Source: the human T2T-CHM13v2.0 reference genome, Homo sapiens
Reading direction: 5' to 3' (one strand)
Length of the DNA: 64,000 nt
Assembly (NCBI RefSeq): GCF_009914755.1
Contig: NC_060934.1
Shown here: piece by piece, positions 29,721 to 41,900 of the stretch
Position numbering within the stretch: the first letter of the stretch is position 1
How the letters are laid out: each line of letters begins with the position of its first letter
Program-made: the position numbers and the translations under genes
The notes under the pieces: generated by a model
Database searches by the model: none
The model's input: the letters and a program-made list of their open reading frames with translations, nothing else
Told to the model about the DNA's origin: nothing

Positions 29721-30920
29721 CCAAACCATTCCAGATCTGATATACCTGTTTACACTTTGTACTGGAACCCCAGAAGCAAGGGGGAAGCGAGTGGAGGGAG
29801 GTGAGATGTAAGCTCATCAGAGGGCCTGCTGGGACTGGTCAGCACTGATCCAAAAGATCCAAAGCCTCAGGTGCCATAGGCCATCCTTCACACCGGCTCT
29901 AGCTCAATTTTCCAATCTCTAACGTAGGAAAGAAGGATGACTCAAAAGAAGGTTAAGCGGAACAGAATAAATGCTGAGAAAACCACAGCTACACACATCA
30001 AAGTAAATCTGTGGTATATCAAAGACAAATAGAAAATATTAAAGAAGTTAGAGAGGGGAAAATGTTAGATTACCTTAAGGGTCCAACAGTAAAACCAAAC
30101 ATAGACTTCTCCATAAAAATAATGGAAGCCAGGGGGTAATGGAACCACATCTTCAAAGTTCTGAAGGAAAATCAACTACAGACCTAGAATTCCAGATCCA
30201 GCAAAAATAACAGCAAAATAAAGGTATTTTCAGGCAAACAAAGAGAATTTGTCACCAGCAGGCTGACAACCAAGGGAAATACTAGAAGGTTTTTTTTTTT
30301 TTTTTTTTGGTCAGAGGAAAATGATTCCAGAGAGGAGCAGAGAGACAAACAAAAAAGAATAATGAACAACAGAAAGAGGAAATATGTGAGTAAACATAAA
30401 TAACTCTTGACTGTGTAAAGGAATAATAATGATGCCTTGTGGGATTTAAATAGGTGTAGAATTGAAATGCATGACAGCAAAAGCACATAAGGCAGATGGG
30501 TAAATGGAATTGAAGAATAACACCCTTACATTGTATGGAAAGTGGTAAAAATATCAGTCTACATTAGATGTTAATAAGTCAGTGATGCCTGTTGCAATCT
30601 CCAAGATAACCATTAAAATTAGTAAAATAATACATAAGAAACTTGCTAATAAAGGAGAAAGAATGGAAGAATTAAAAATAATTATAATCCAAAGGAAGCA
30701 AGAAAGAAGAGAAAATAGAACATGGATCAGGCAGAAACAGAAAAGGGTGACAAAGGGGTAATTATAAATGTAAATATCTCTGCATATGCAGTAAGTTTAA
30801 ACATAATATATATTTCAATAAAATACATAGATCATTAGACTAGAGGGAGATAACTACTTACAAAAGACACACTTTGGATGATTCAGAACAGTTTAAAATA
30901 AAATGTTGAAAAAGACATAG

Positions 30921-31457
30921 AGGATCTCTAAATGCATATTAAGTGAAAGAAGCCAGTCTGAAAAAGCTGCCTGCATACTGTATTATTCCAGCTATATGAC
31001 ATTCTGGAAAAGGAAAACTATGGAAACAGTAAAAAGATCAGTGGTTGCCAAGGGCTGGGGAGAGGGAGGAATGAATAGGCAGAGCACAGAGAATTTCAAG
31101 AATTTTTAGGGCAGTGAAACTATCCTTTATGATACTATGATGGTGCCTATATGTCATTCTATATTTATCAAAACCCACAGAAGGTAAACACCAAGAATGC
31201 ACCCTAATATAAACTATGGACTCTGGGTAATAATGATGTATCATTGTAGTCCATCAATTGTAACAAATGTGTAATTTGTTTTTGACAATTATAACAAATG
31301 CACAATTTGTTGTTGATAATTATAATAAATGCACCATGGTGGCAATGTTGAGAATGCATGAGTTGAGGAAAGGGTGTTTGTGAAATCTCTATATCTTCTT
31401 CTCAATTTTGCTGTGAACCTGAAATTGCTCTAAAAATAAATAAATAAATAAATAAAG
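30921..31457 (+). mobile_element. L1MC (L1MC1-like) 3' end
   Basis: AAGTGAAAGAAGCCAGTCTG...AAAAGATCAGTGGTTGCC...CCTAATATAAACTATGGACT, with a (TAAA)n tail. Confidence 0.8.
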
Positions 31458-31692
31458 TTTCTTAATGGAAAATGATGTGTCAGGCAAATATGAAGTTAAA
31501 ATAAAAGTTGAAGTCATATTAATATCAGACTTTGAGGCAAGAAGCATTATTAGAAATAAAGAGGGACATTTGATAATAAGAAAACTTTCACCAGAAGGAT
31601 GAAATAATACTAAAATTTTACATTTAACCACATAGCCTCAATATATGTACAAGAATAATTGACAAAACTAAAATGGAAATAGGCAAATCCAC

Positions 31693-32072
31693 CCTGGCTG
31701 GAGTGCAGGTGTGTGATCACGGCCCACTGCAGCCTCTCAACCTCCCTGGGCTCAGGTGATCCCTCCCATCTCAGCCCCCCAACCGGGTAGCTGAGACTAC
31801 AGGAGATGGAGCGAGACAGAGACAGAGAGAGAGAGGAAATACCGAGGTCTTACCTTTGTTCTCTCCCACTTGTTTATTGTTATTGTCGTTTATTATTTGT
31901 TATTATGTTTACTGTTGGTTGGTTAGTTTATTTATTTTGAGACAGGGTCACTCAATGTTTTGGGCTCAAGCCGTCCTCCTACCTCCGGTCCCCCACCCCC
32001 ACTCCAGAAGCTGGGACTATAGGCACGTGCCACCACAACGGTTTACATTTTTATTTTCTAATGTTTTATGTA

Positions 32073-32135
<63 letters not shown>

Positions 32136-32339
32136 AAGATGGGGTTCCGGGTTCTGCCATGTTGCCCAGGCTGGTCTTGAACTTCCTGTGTTGTTTTTCT
32201 AGCCCTACTTTCAGTTTGTTTCTACAGTACTTACTTGGAGTTGCTGTTGTTTTACTTCTTTGTTCTTTTCTCTCTCTCTCTTTTTTGTTTTTTTGTTTTG
32301 TTTTGTTTTTATTTTCCTGCGCTCCTTTCTGCACGCTGA
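31693..32339 (-). mobile_element. Composite insert: rearranged AluJ pieces, (GA)n, (TG)n at ~32075-32130 and T-rich tracts
   Basis: Antisense Alu fragments at ~31693-31803 and ~31935-32185, separated by non-Alu sequence. Confidence 0.7.
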
Positions 32340-32499
32340 AGTTTGAAACATCTCCCTCAGTAACTGGCAAAACAAGCAGATCATAAAACTCAGTAAGAAA
32401 AGAGAAGATTGAACAACACAGGTAAAAAAAAAAAAATGACCCAATAGGCTAATACAGAATATGTCACCCAGTATTTTAGAACTGTTACCAACCTAGGCT

Positions 32500-32757
32500 T
32501 GAAGGGAGGAGAGAAAGGAGTGCTTATAAGAAGGACGGCTGCCTTGAGAAAGGCAACAAGTTCAGGACAACTGCTAGGAGGCATCTGAGAGCTGACATCC
32601 CGACCTCACTGTCTTCCCTCCCAGGGCTCTCCATTGGCCAAGTCCAGATGAAAACCACTGATACAATCCCCACACTTCAGCCTCCCTGGGCAGGGAGTAG
32701 TGGAGAAGGGTGAGCAAGACAACTAGGGGTGGGGGCAAAGGAAAGTTACCCAGCACA
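32500..32757 (-). mobile_element. ERVL-class LTR fragment (LTR33-like; family uncertain)
   Basis: CCATTGGCC...TCAGCCTCCCTGGG...GGAGAAGGGTG...GGGCAAAGGAAAGTTACCCAGCACA terminus. Confidence 0.45.
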
Positions 32758-33292
32758 GGTGTGCAAAAAGGAAACTTTCTTTTCTACAACTCAATGTAAT
32801 TTTTGATTCCCTACCCCATCCTATCTTTTATACACACTTAATTGATTCATTTTCCTATAAATTCAGTCTTTGTATGATTTCTCGTCACTTAAGATTTAAA
32901 ACTCATTTATATCAGGATTTTTCCCTTTTCGGGACTTCTTCCCTTTTCATGGCTTTTCATTGCTCCAGGGGCTGATGATAACTCTGAAGTTTATAAGGCA
33001 ACAGAGGAGAGAAAAGGAGGAAGATGCCCTCTTCTTAGTTTCCATCTCTATCAGGTCTCTGGTGACCTCATGCTTTAAATAGGACTCATCCCACTTTGTC
33101 CATGGCATAGACAGTGTAGGATGGGTGCTCCCTCAGTGATGGCTTCTCTGATCTGCAGGCCCTGGTAGCCCCCTGGGAATCTCAGACTACTGATTCAGCC
33201 ATATCTCCAGCCAGTTCCTTGTAGAAATTGTCCCAGCTGTAATACTGTATGTGTATTCCCTAATCTCAGCCACTAGACGCTGGTTAGACCCA

Positions 33293-34734
33293 CTGTAGTG
33301 TGTCTATGTCTCTACTAACTCCTTGGTTCCACTAGGCACACCTTACAAAATTGGGATGCTCTACCAAGCCTTGGGAAACTATGAGGTGTATTGGGAAAGG
33401 GGACTATCCCTAACTCTGTCATAACTAGGTATGCCTCCCCACCCCTCCTCTCTGTGGTCCCAGGACAGCACAGTAGATGTCACTAGCTTGCTGCTGGGCT
33501 ACATGGCAGAAAGTGTGATACAAGTCCTCTCTATTCACCATCCTGAACTTTATCAGGAGAATGCAGACAGTGGAGTGTCCCCAACATGCCCTGACTGACG
33601 GGGGCACCTCAGTTTGGAGGGTCTTTGCAGACCCATGTGGAGGGAATGGGGAGAGCCAGAGACTGGATTACATCTCCTTTCAAGGATTTCCCAGTGTGCA
33701 CTCATAAAGTAGCACTTGGACCCAGAGTCTGGCCTCTGTGTTCTCTGGTTCAATGTGACAAGTGCCACTGCAGCTCAGGGCAACCCCGTATCATGGACAT
33801 GGCACAGAAGAAAAGGATGCTGGTGAGTGTCTCATGAGTCCCCCTCACAGTGCCCTGCCTCATGTGAACAGTTGGTTCCACCTCTTGCATCCTCAGTCTC
33901 ATCCCCACTCATCTTCTGAAGGTTTTAATTTCTTCTGCCACCCTTTTCTCTCCTACTGCATCAGCCTCTCCCCTCTGCTGGATCACTCAACAGCACACAT
34001 GCTCTAGGGGCTCATCTGAAAACCAACCAGAATCCCCTTGGCTTTCCTCCTTCTCTCTGCTACTGTCCCATTTCTCCACTCCATATCAGCAAAACCTCTC
34101 TCAAAGGCCATCTACACTGTCTCACCTGCTCTGCTCTCTTCAACTCACTCCAGGTGGGCATGCATCTCTGTTGCTTTATTGAAATTCCTTTTGTCAGTGT
34201 CACCATAAACCTGGCTAGAGTCAAATCTTTTTATTGCCTCCTGAACGGCACAGTGGCCACAGCTCTTTCTTGGCCACAGCCTGTCCTGGCTCCTGTAAAC
34301 ACCACTCTCTGCTTGTTTTCCTCCTCTCCCCCCACAGCTCTCCTCTCAGCCTCATTGGCTGTCTTCCTCTGTTACACCCAACCTACGAACATTAGCACCA
34401 AAGCATATTTCTGGTCTTTCTTCTCCAAGTCTCACCTATGCTTTCCTCCAAATGCTATTGGTTCTCATATTTACTCACAAGCCGATCCCCACTTCCAGCC
34501 TGCAAAGCTCCATACCCAACTGCCTTTCTGATCTCTCCACTTGCATCTCCAGCTGGCATCTGAAACCTAGCAGGAGGAAAATAGAATTTCTGGCTGGCCC
34601 CTTCCCTGCTCTTGGCCTGTAGTGTGTCTATGTCTCTAGTAACTCCTTGGTCCCACCAGGCACACCTTAAAAAACTGGGATGCTCTACCAAGCCTTGGGA
34701 AACTATGGGGTGTATTGGGAAAGGGGACTATCCC
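33293..34734 (+). repeat. Dispersed direct duplication B: 33293-33410 and 34617-34734
   Basis: Aligned by eye: 6 substitutions in 118 bp, no indels. Confidence 0.95.
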
Positions 34735-35130
34735 CCATATCCCAAGAGACTCAGCCTGTCTCTTGGCCTCATTATCTACCCAGCTAGCTTCTCCAACCCC
34801 TAATTTGGGAGGTGCACACATTGATCCGCTATCCTTAATATACCATGCTTGAGCATCACAACAGACCCCATAGCTGGCATCTTCATGGTGACCTCCCTGG
34901 TCCAAGTCATCAACCCCTCTCACTGGAGCTATTTCAATACCTCAATACCTTCAACTCCTCTCCTGGCTCCTCTCCTTCCCCTGTATGATCTCTTCTCCAC
35001 CCAGCAACCACAGTAATGCATAAACATACTGGAAACATGAATCAGCTCATGTTACTCCCCTGCATAAACACTTCAACACTGGCCTATGTAGTCTTAGTAT
35101 AAAATTCAAACTCTATGCCAGGTCTTTTAT
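33880..35130 (+). mobile_element. L2 (ORF2/3' region)
   Basis: Pyrimidine-rich; CCAACTGCCTTTCTGATCTCTCCACTTG and ATCAGCTCATGTTACTCCCCTGC are L2 motifs. Confidence 0.7.
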
Positions 35131-35659
35131 ATATACTTTTTCTTTCAGTGATGGTCAAACCTTGAACTCTTATTTCATATCTCAAAAACCAAAAATAAGT
35201 AAACAAATAAATAAATAATCTGAACGTACTCATATTGAATTTGAATTTTAAAAGCTTCATTGATGGACTTGAATGAGTATCTCCCAATACATGTGACCAA
35301 TGTGGTTAATTTATTATTTCGATTTTAGCCGGCCAAATCTTATCTAATATCAACATGAGCATCAAGTTTCACAAAATTAAAGAAAAAGTGGTTGTTTTAA
35401 ACTGTCCCAGTTGCAAGATTCTATGTGCATTCTCTCATCTCAAAATTTCCCCTAAGTAGCAGAATGCCTGTAGTGGGAAAGGTATTTATGGGGCAACCAT
35501 TAAATGGAAAGTTGAGGCTGGGAGAGAAGAGGACTTACCCAAGGGCAGGTGACTAACACATAGCAGAGTTGGGGGGCAACCTCAGGTCTGTAAGATTCTA
35601 AAGCTCCATAGGTCTCTGAAGCTGGTCGTGGTCACCACTGCAGCCGCCAAGCTCTGTAC

Positions 35660-35860
35660 TCTGAAGCAGGCACAGTGCCAGGGGCTTTGCACTCATGCCA
35701 TTTAGCCCTCATGACAGCTCAATGTGGTGTAGACTATCATTATCACCATTTGCACACAGAGGAACTGAGGGTAAGGACTATACTGACTGCCCAAGCCAAA
35801 CAGCAGTAAATAGTGGGGCCAGGATTTGAACCCACTTCTATGTGATGCTACCACCCACAT
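35660..35860 (-). mobile_element. MIR
   Basis: CATTATCACCATTTGCACACAGAGGAACTGAGG...GCCAGGATTTGAACCC. Confidence 0.7.
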
Positions 35861-36985
35861 TCAAAAGCATGCCCCTATCCTGCCACCCCTACAGCTCTGG
35901 GACCTCAAAAGAAACAAGCTTTATTCTCTGGGAGTACAAGACGGTTTGGGGCTGGCAGAAAGACTGGTACATGGGACGGACTGTGGCCAGGACAGTGGGA
36001 GTTCAGCCAGCCTGAGGAACTCCATCAGAGCAGCTCTGGGGAGACCCAGCTAGGGAGCCAGGACTGGAACCTTGATAGTTCAGCATTTCCCTTCCCATCT
36101 TCCCCCCTAGCTTTGAGGCTCTGGGAGTCTTCTGAAGCATCTTTCAGTCTGGGGAGAAGCTTGGGGTCACTAGTCCTCAGCCCTCTGCCCCTGAGATAAA
36201 CAGTCATCTGTTCTCACCTATGCTAGCCCTCCAGAGCGGAGATGCCATGGGACTTCTGCCACCTGATGCAGGTGACTTCCTTCTGTCATGATACAAAACC
36301 CCCTTAGGCTCCCACAACTCTGTGCCCCTCCTGCAGCATAAGAATGTCTGTCTGCTCTCTCACTCAACACCATGGCCCAAGAATTTGACTGTGAGCCTCA
36401 GAGCAGCCAGTGAGGGTAGCGCTTGAAGGTCAGACCATCACTGTCATGAACAGCCAGATGATTAGGTACGTGGGCTCAGGCAGGGCACCAGAGGAACCCA
36501 GACCTGGGGAGCTGGAGAGTAGATGCAAGGACAATTCAGAGAACCCTGGGAGGACACCATGCCTGTGTTTGCAGGTTCCCATCATTCTGTCTAGCCCCAT
36601 GCCTCCATGCCCCATGTGCTGTTTGTGGGAAGAGTGTCCTCCAGTCACAGCATTAATGGAATGACTCCCTCGCATGCTGTGTGCCCTTGGAAAGTCACTG
36701 CATTCTCCTGCTTCCTTGTTTGTAAATGGGATGGGTGGCCAACAAACATACTTCTCCAGACCTTCTGGCCACATTTGACATAATATGTTCTCCTGAAGCC
36801 CTGTCACTTTCTACTTAGAGAGATGTGAGGAACACCAGAATCACGGACTAACAGGGGATCTGTGTGGGTTTGCTGGGGTTGCTGCCTTACTAAGTGGCTC
36901 TGGGCAGGCTAAAATCTATCTCAGAGCCCCAGTGTGACACGGTGATTTCTAAAGGAAGGCCCTTCCAGTCTTAAGATTAGGTGAC

Positions 36986-39152
36986 TGTGTTACTCCATTC
37001 TTGCATTGCCATAAAGAAATACCTGAGACTAAATAAGTTACAAAGAAAGGCGTTTTAATTGGCTCACGGTTCTGCAGGTTTTACAGGAAGCATAGCACCA
37101 GCATCTGCTCAGCTTCTGGTGGAGCCTCAGGAAGCTTTTACTCATGGTGGAAGCTGAAGTGGAAGTAGGCATGTCACATGGTGAGAGAGACAGCAAGGAC
37201 CAGGGAGGTGCAATGCTCTTTTAAACAACCAGATGTCGCATGAACTCAGAGTGAGAACTCACTCATTACCAAAGGCATGGTACTAAGCCATTCATGAGGG
37301 CTTAATCCATGAATGGCTCCTTAATCCAACACCTCCCACCATGCCCCACTTCTAACACTGGGGATTATATTTCAACATGAGATGTGGAGGGGACAAATAT
37401 CCAAACTATATCATTCCACCTCTGGCCTCCCAAATTTCATGTCCTTCTCGTATTGCAAAATACAATCGTCCCTTCCTAATTGTCCTTAAAAGTCTTAACT
37501 TATCAAAATCCAAAGTCAAAAGTCTTATCTGAGACTCAGCTCCTTCCACCTATGAGCCTGTAAAATCAAAACAAATTATTTACTTTCAAGATACAATAGT
37601 GGTACAGGCACTGAGTAAACATTCCCATACCAAAAGAGAGAAACTGGCCTAAAGGAAGGGGCAAGAGGCCCCATGTAATTCCAAAACTCAGCAGGGCAGA
37701 CGTAAAACCTTAAAGTCCCAAAATAACCCTTGACTCCATATCCCATATCCTGGGCACACTGGTGCAAGCGGTGGGCTCCTAAGGCCTTGGGAAGCCCTGC
37801 CCCTATAGCTTCCCTGGGCACAGTCCAAGTGACTGTAACTGCTCTCATGGGTTTGAGTTGAGTGCCTGCAGCTTTTCCAGGCTTAGGGTGCAAGCTGCTG
37901 GTGGCTCTAACATTCTCAGCTCTGGAGAGCAGCAGCCCCCTTCCCACAGCTCCACTAGGCAGTGCCCTGGTGGGGACTTTGTTCGGGCTCCAACCTCACA
38001 TTTTCCCTTGGCATTGCCCTAGTAGAGTATCTTTGTGGGGGCTCTGCCCCTGTGGTAGGCTTCTGCCTGGGCACCCAGGCTTTCCCATAAGTACTCTGAA
38101 ATCTAGGGGGAAGCTGCCAAGCCTCCTTCATTCTTGCTTTCTGCACACCTGCAGGCTTAACACCACATGAAAGCTGCCAAAGTTTGCGGTTTGTGCCCTC
38201 TGGAGCAGCAGTCTGAGCTGTACCTGGACCCCTTTGAACTGAGGCTGGAGACAGGGTGGCTGGGATGTGGGGAGCAGTGTCCCAAGACTGCTCATGGCAA
38301 TGGGGGCCTGGGCCTGGCCCTTGAAACCATTCTTTCCTCCTAGGCCTCAGGGCCTGGGATTGGAGGCTGTCTCTAAGATCTCTGAAATGCCTTTGAGGCC
38401 TTTTTCCCATTGTCTTGGATGTTAGCACTTGGCTCCCTCTTAGTTGTACACATCTCTCTAGCAAGTGGTTACTCCAAAGGCTGCTTGGATTCCTTCTCTA
38501 CCACAGGGCCAGGCTGCAAATTTTCCAAACTTTTATACTCTGCTTCCCTTTCAAATACAAGTTACAACTGTAAGCCATTCCTTTGCTCCTATATCTGATC
38601 ATATGCTATTAGAAGTAGCCAGGCCACATCTTGAATGTTTTGGGGCTTAGAGATTTCTTCCACCAGATACCCTAAGTCATCACTCTTAAGTTCCAACTTC
38701 CACAGATCCCTAGACATGAACACAATGCAGCCAAGCTCTTTGCTAAGGCATTACAGGGATGACTTTTACTCCAGTTCCCAATAACTTTCTCATTTTCATC
38801 TAAGACCTCCTCAGCCTGAACTTCACTCCCCATATCATTATCAGCATTTTGGTCACAACCATGTAGCCAGTTTCTAAGAAATCCCAAACTTTCCCTCATC
38901 TTCCTGACTTATTCTGGGCCTTCCAAACTCTTCCAATCTCTGCTCATTAACCAGTTCCAAAGCCACTTCCACTTTCTCAGGTATCATTATAGCAATGCCC
39001 CACTCCTTGGTACCAGTTTTCTGTGTTAGTTCATTCTTGCATTCTTACATTGCTCAAAAGAAATATCTGAGGCTGGGTAATTTATAAAGAAAAGAAATTT
39101 AGTTGGCTCACAGTTCTATAGGTTGTACAGGAAGCATGGTGCTGGCATCTGT
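36986..39152 (-). mobile_element. MSTB-like MaLR provirus: LTR 36986-37413, internal 37414-39021, truncated second LTR 39022-39152
   Basis: LTR TGTGTTA...CAAACTATATCA followed by typical MaLR internal sequence and a repeat of the LTR start. Confidence 0.88.
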
Positions 39153-39184
39153 GGCCAAGAAAATATTACTCTAACAATGTGATA

Positions 39185-39850
<666 letters not shown>

Positions 39851-41149
39851 TACTTGATAAGGTTCCTCTGGCCAAAAATCTTTGAGCACCAAATCGAAAA
39901 GTGGTGGCCTACTGATTTGGCAGCTTCCCATTCTGGGGGTTATGGTCTCATGGGACCATGATATCATCAGCAAGAAGAGAGCCCCACTGATTGTTGAAAT
40001 GCTCCCTAGGTGGGCTCCTATACAAACACCAGGGAAAAATTCCCGGCAGCTCCGCTATGTTACTGCTGCTTCCTGATAACACCAGAGGGCTCCTAAAATA
40101 GTTCTCAAGTAGATGTTGTGACTGTCAGATATGTAAATCGAAGGGTAACAAGCAAAATGTGCTGGACCTAGGAGCTCGGTGCTAAGAGGGTGGGCAAGGG
40201 GTGGTCGGACACAGGCTGCCCTGGAGCCAGCAGGAGTTAGCTCAGAGGAGCCTCCAGGAAATGAGCACCGCAGCTTCCAACCAGGTCTCCTTCCATGCAG
40301 CCGAGACTGCGGGCCGGGCCACATGTACTCACGTTACTCAATGACTCACACACAGTGGCCAAGGGACAGCTCAGGGCCATCTTTAGCTGACAGGCTCAGT
40401 GTCACTTCAGTCCATGCCCGAGCCCTCCCCAAGAGAGCCCACTCTGTCTCCAGCACCACTGCTCCCAGCTCCACCCAGGCCTCCCTCTCTGAAGTGGGGA
40501 AAGCCTGGGAGCTCTTCCTCTTTATCAGCCCTGCATCTCCTGCTGTCCTGCTGACCAAGACACTCTCTTCCTGCTGATTGTGATGTGTTTGTGGAAATCC
40601 ACCGGTTTCTGCTGTATCATGACATTCTATTCCTACCAAGCCAACATGACACCCAAAACATTTCCAAACATGCATAACCATACACAGACCTTCTCACAAG
40701 ATTTATCTTCTGGACACATTACTTAAACTAACAAGGCCTCCCTTTTTCTCCTTTTCAGTGCTGGCCATTGCCCCCGGCTGGTTTTCTGCCTTCCCCCTGC
40801 AAGCTGCAAAAGAAAGTTGGTGGGGCTTGAACTAGAAGCCTACAGCTCCAGTGTGACCAGCTCCAATGGATCAGGCACATTAACAACAGAGCCCCGCAGC
40901 ACTCTGTGGGTCAGAGAAATGCACAGAGCCCCACTCTGCAAAGGAAGTCAACAGGGGCTCAGCAACTGGCCCAGGTCGGCTGTGGGTCCAGGCCTTTCTA
41001 TCAATCCCAGTCCTTTTCCACTGCAAGAGACTGCCCCACTCTTATTCTTAGAAGAGACCTTGCAGAGTATTTAGGGTGAAATGCCTAGCATTGAAATATT
41101 TATTTTCAAAAATATATAGAAAATATATGTAGAGAGAAAGAGAGAGTCC

Positions 41150-41900
41150 CTGTGCAATAGAGTGAGGCTACTTTGCAGGTGATGAGGTACTGCAGGTGCA
41201 GTCGAGAGGGTAAGGCCTGACCTTTGGTGCGATAACAAGAAAGGTGAGGAAGGGGTTGAATGCAGGGCATGAAGGAGGGGGAGTGGGCACTGGCTTGAGT
41301 GAGTGGAAGATGGTGAGGCCATTTATTTTGAATGGAAACACAGGAAAAGAAGGAGGTGTGGCCATTCTCTTTGTCCTGAGCCTTCGCCCTCTGTGATGTG
41401 GGATCCCCAGGCAGAACTTAGGAGAAAGCTCTAGTTTCGCAGCAACAATTCCAGGGGTATCAGAGCATCAAAGGGAAGATGTTGGATGGGTTGCCTAAAA
41501 GCGCAAAAAGCAAAGATGGGGCAAGGAGATGGCCTGAAGACCAACATTCAGAAATAAGGCTGGCAAGAGGCCAACAGAGGTGACTGAGATGGGATGGTCC
41601 AGGAGGTTGGAGGAGAATTGGGAGAAGGTGCCTTGGAAAGCAAGAAGCGAGGGCTGCCCAGTGAGTGTTGAATGCAGCAGAGAAGTCAAGTAGCACAAGG
41701 TTGAAATGTGTCCCCTGACCATTGAAGCAGTTCCACCTGGGGATTTTTTTCCTTGGTGAGAACAGGTTCAGTGGGATGGGGAGATGGAAGACTTCAGTGA
41801 GCTAGAGAGCAGGTGGAAGGAGAGTGGGGATGACGGGGAAGTCCACAACCCTCACAAGAAGCTGCCTGTGAAACAGGAGAGAAGGGAATTTGCTAGAGGC
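41150..41900 (-). mobile_element. L2 fragments, antisense
   Basis: Purine-rich; GAAGATGGTGAGGCCATTTA and TGCAGCAGAGAAGTCAAGTAG...AAATGTGTCCCCTG. Confidence 0.6.

Larger units (their letters stand above)
29990..32490 (+). mobile_element. Ancient L1M ORF1-ORF2 fragments, interrupted by L1MC (30921-31457) and a composite insert (31693-32339)
   Basis: ORF1 motif ATGGAAGCCAG...CATCTTCAAAGTTCTGAAGGAAA; EN motif TATTAATATCAGAC; L1 resumes at ~32340. Confidence 0.65.

Noticed and set aside
31255-31335. ~31-bp unit repeated 2.5 times; similar short tandem duplications at ~15215-15265 and ~23410-23462
   Set aside because: Ordinary slippage duplications within old repeats. No unique spacers, so not CRISPR-like.
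37576-38899. Cluster of ORFs up to 169 aa
   Set aside because: Decayed MaLR (MST) internal sequence, fragmented by stops and frameshifts.
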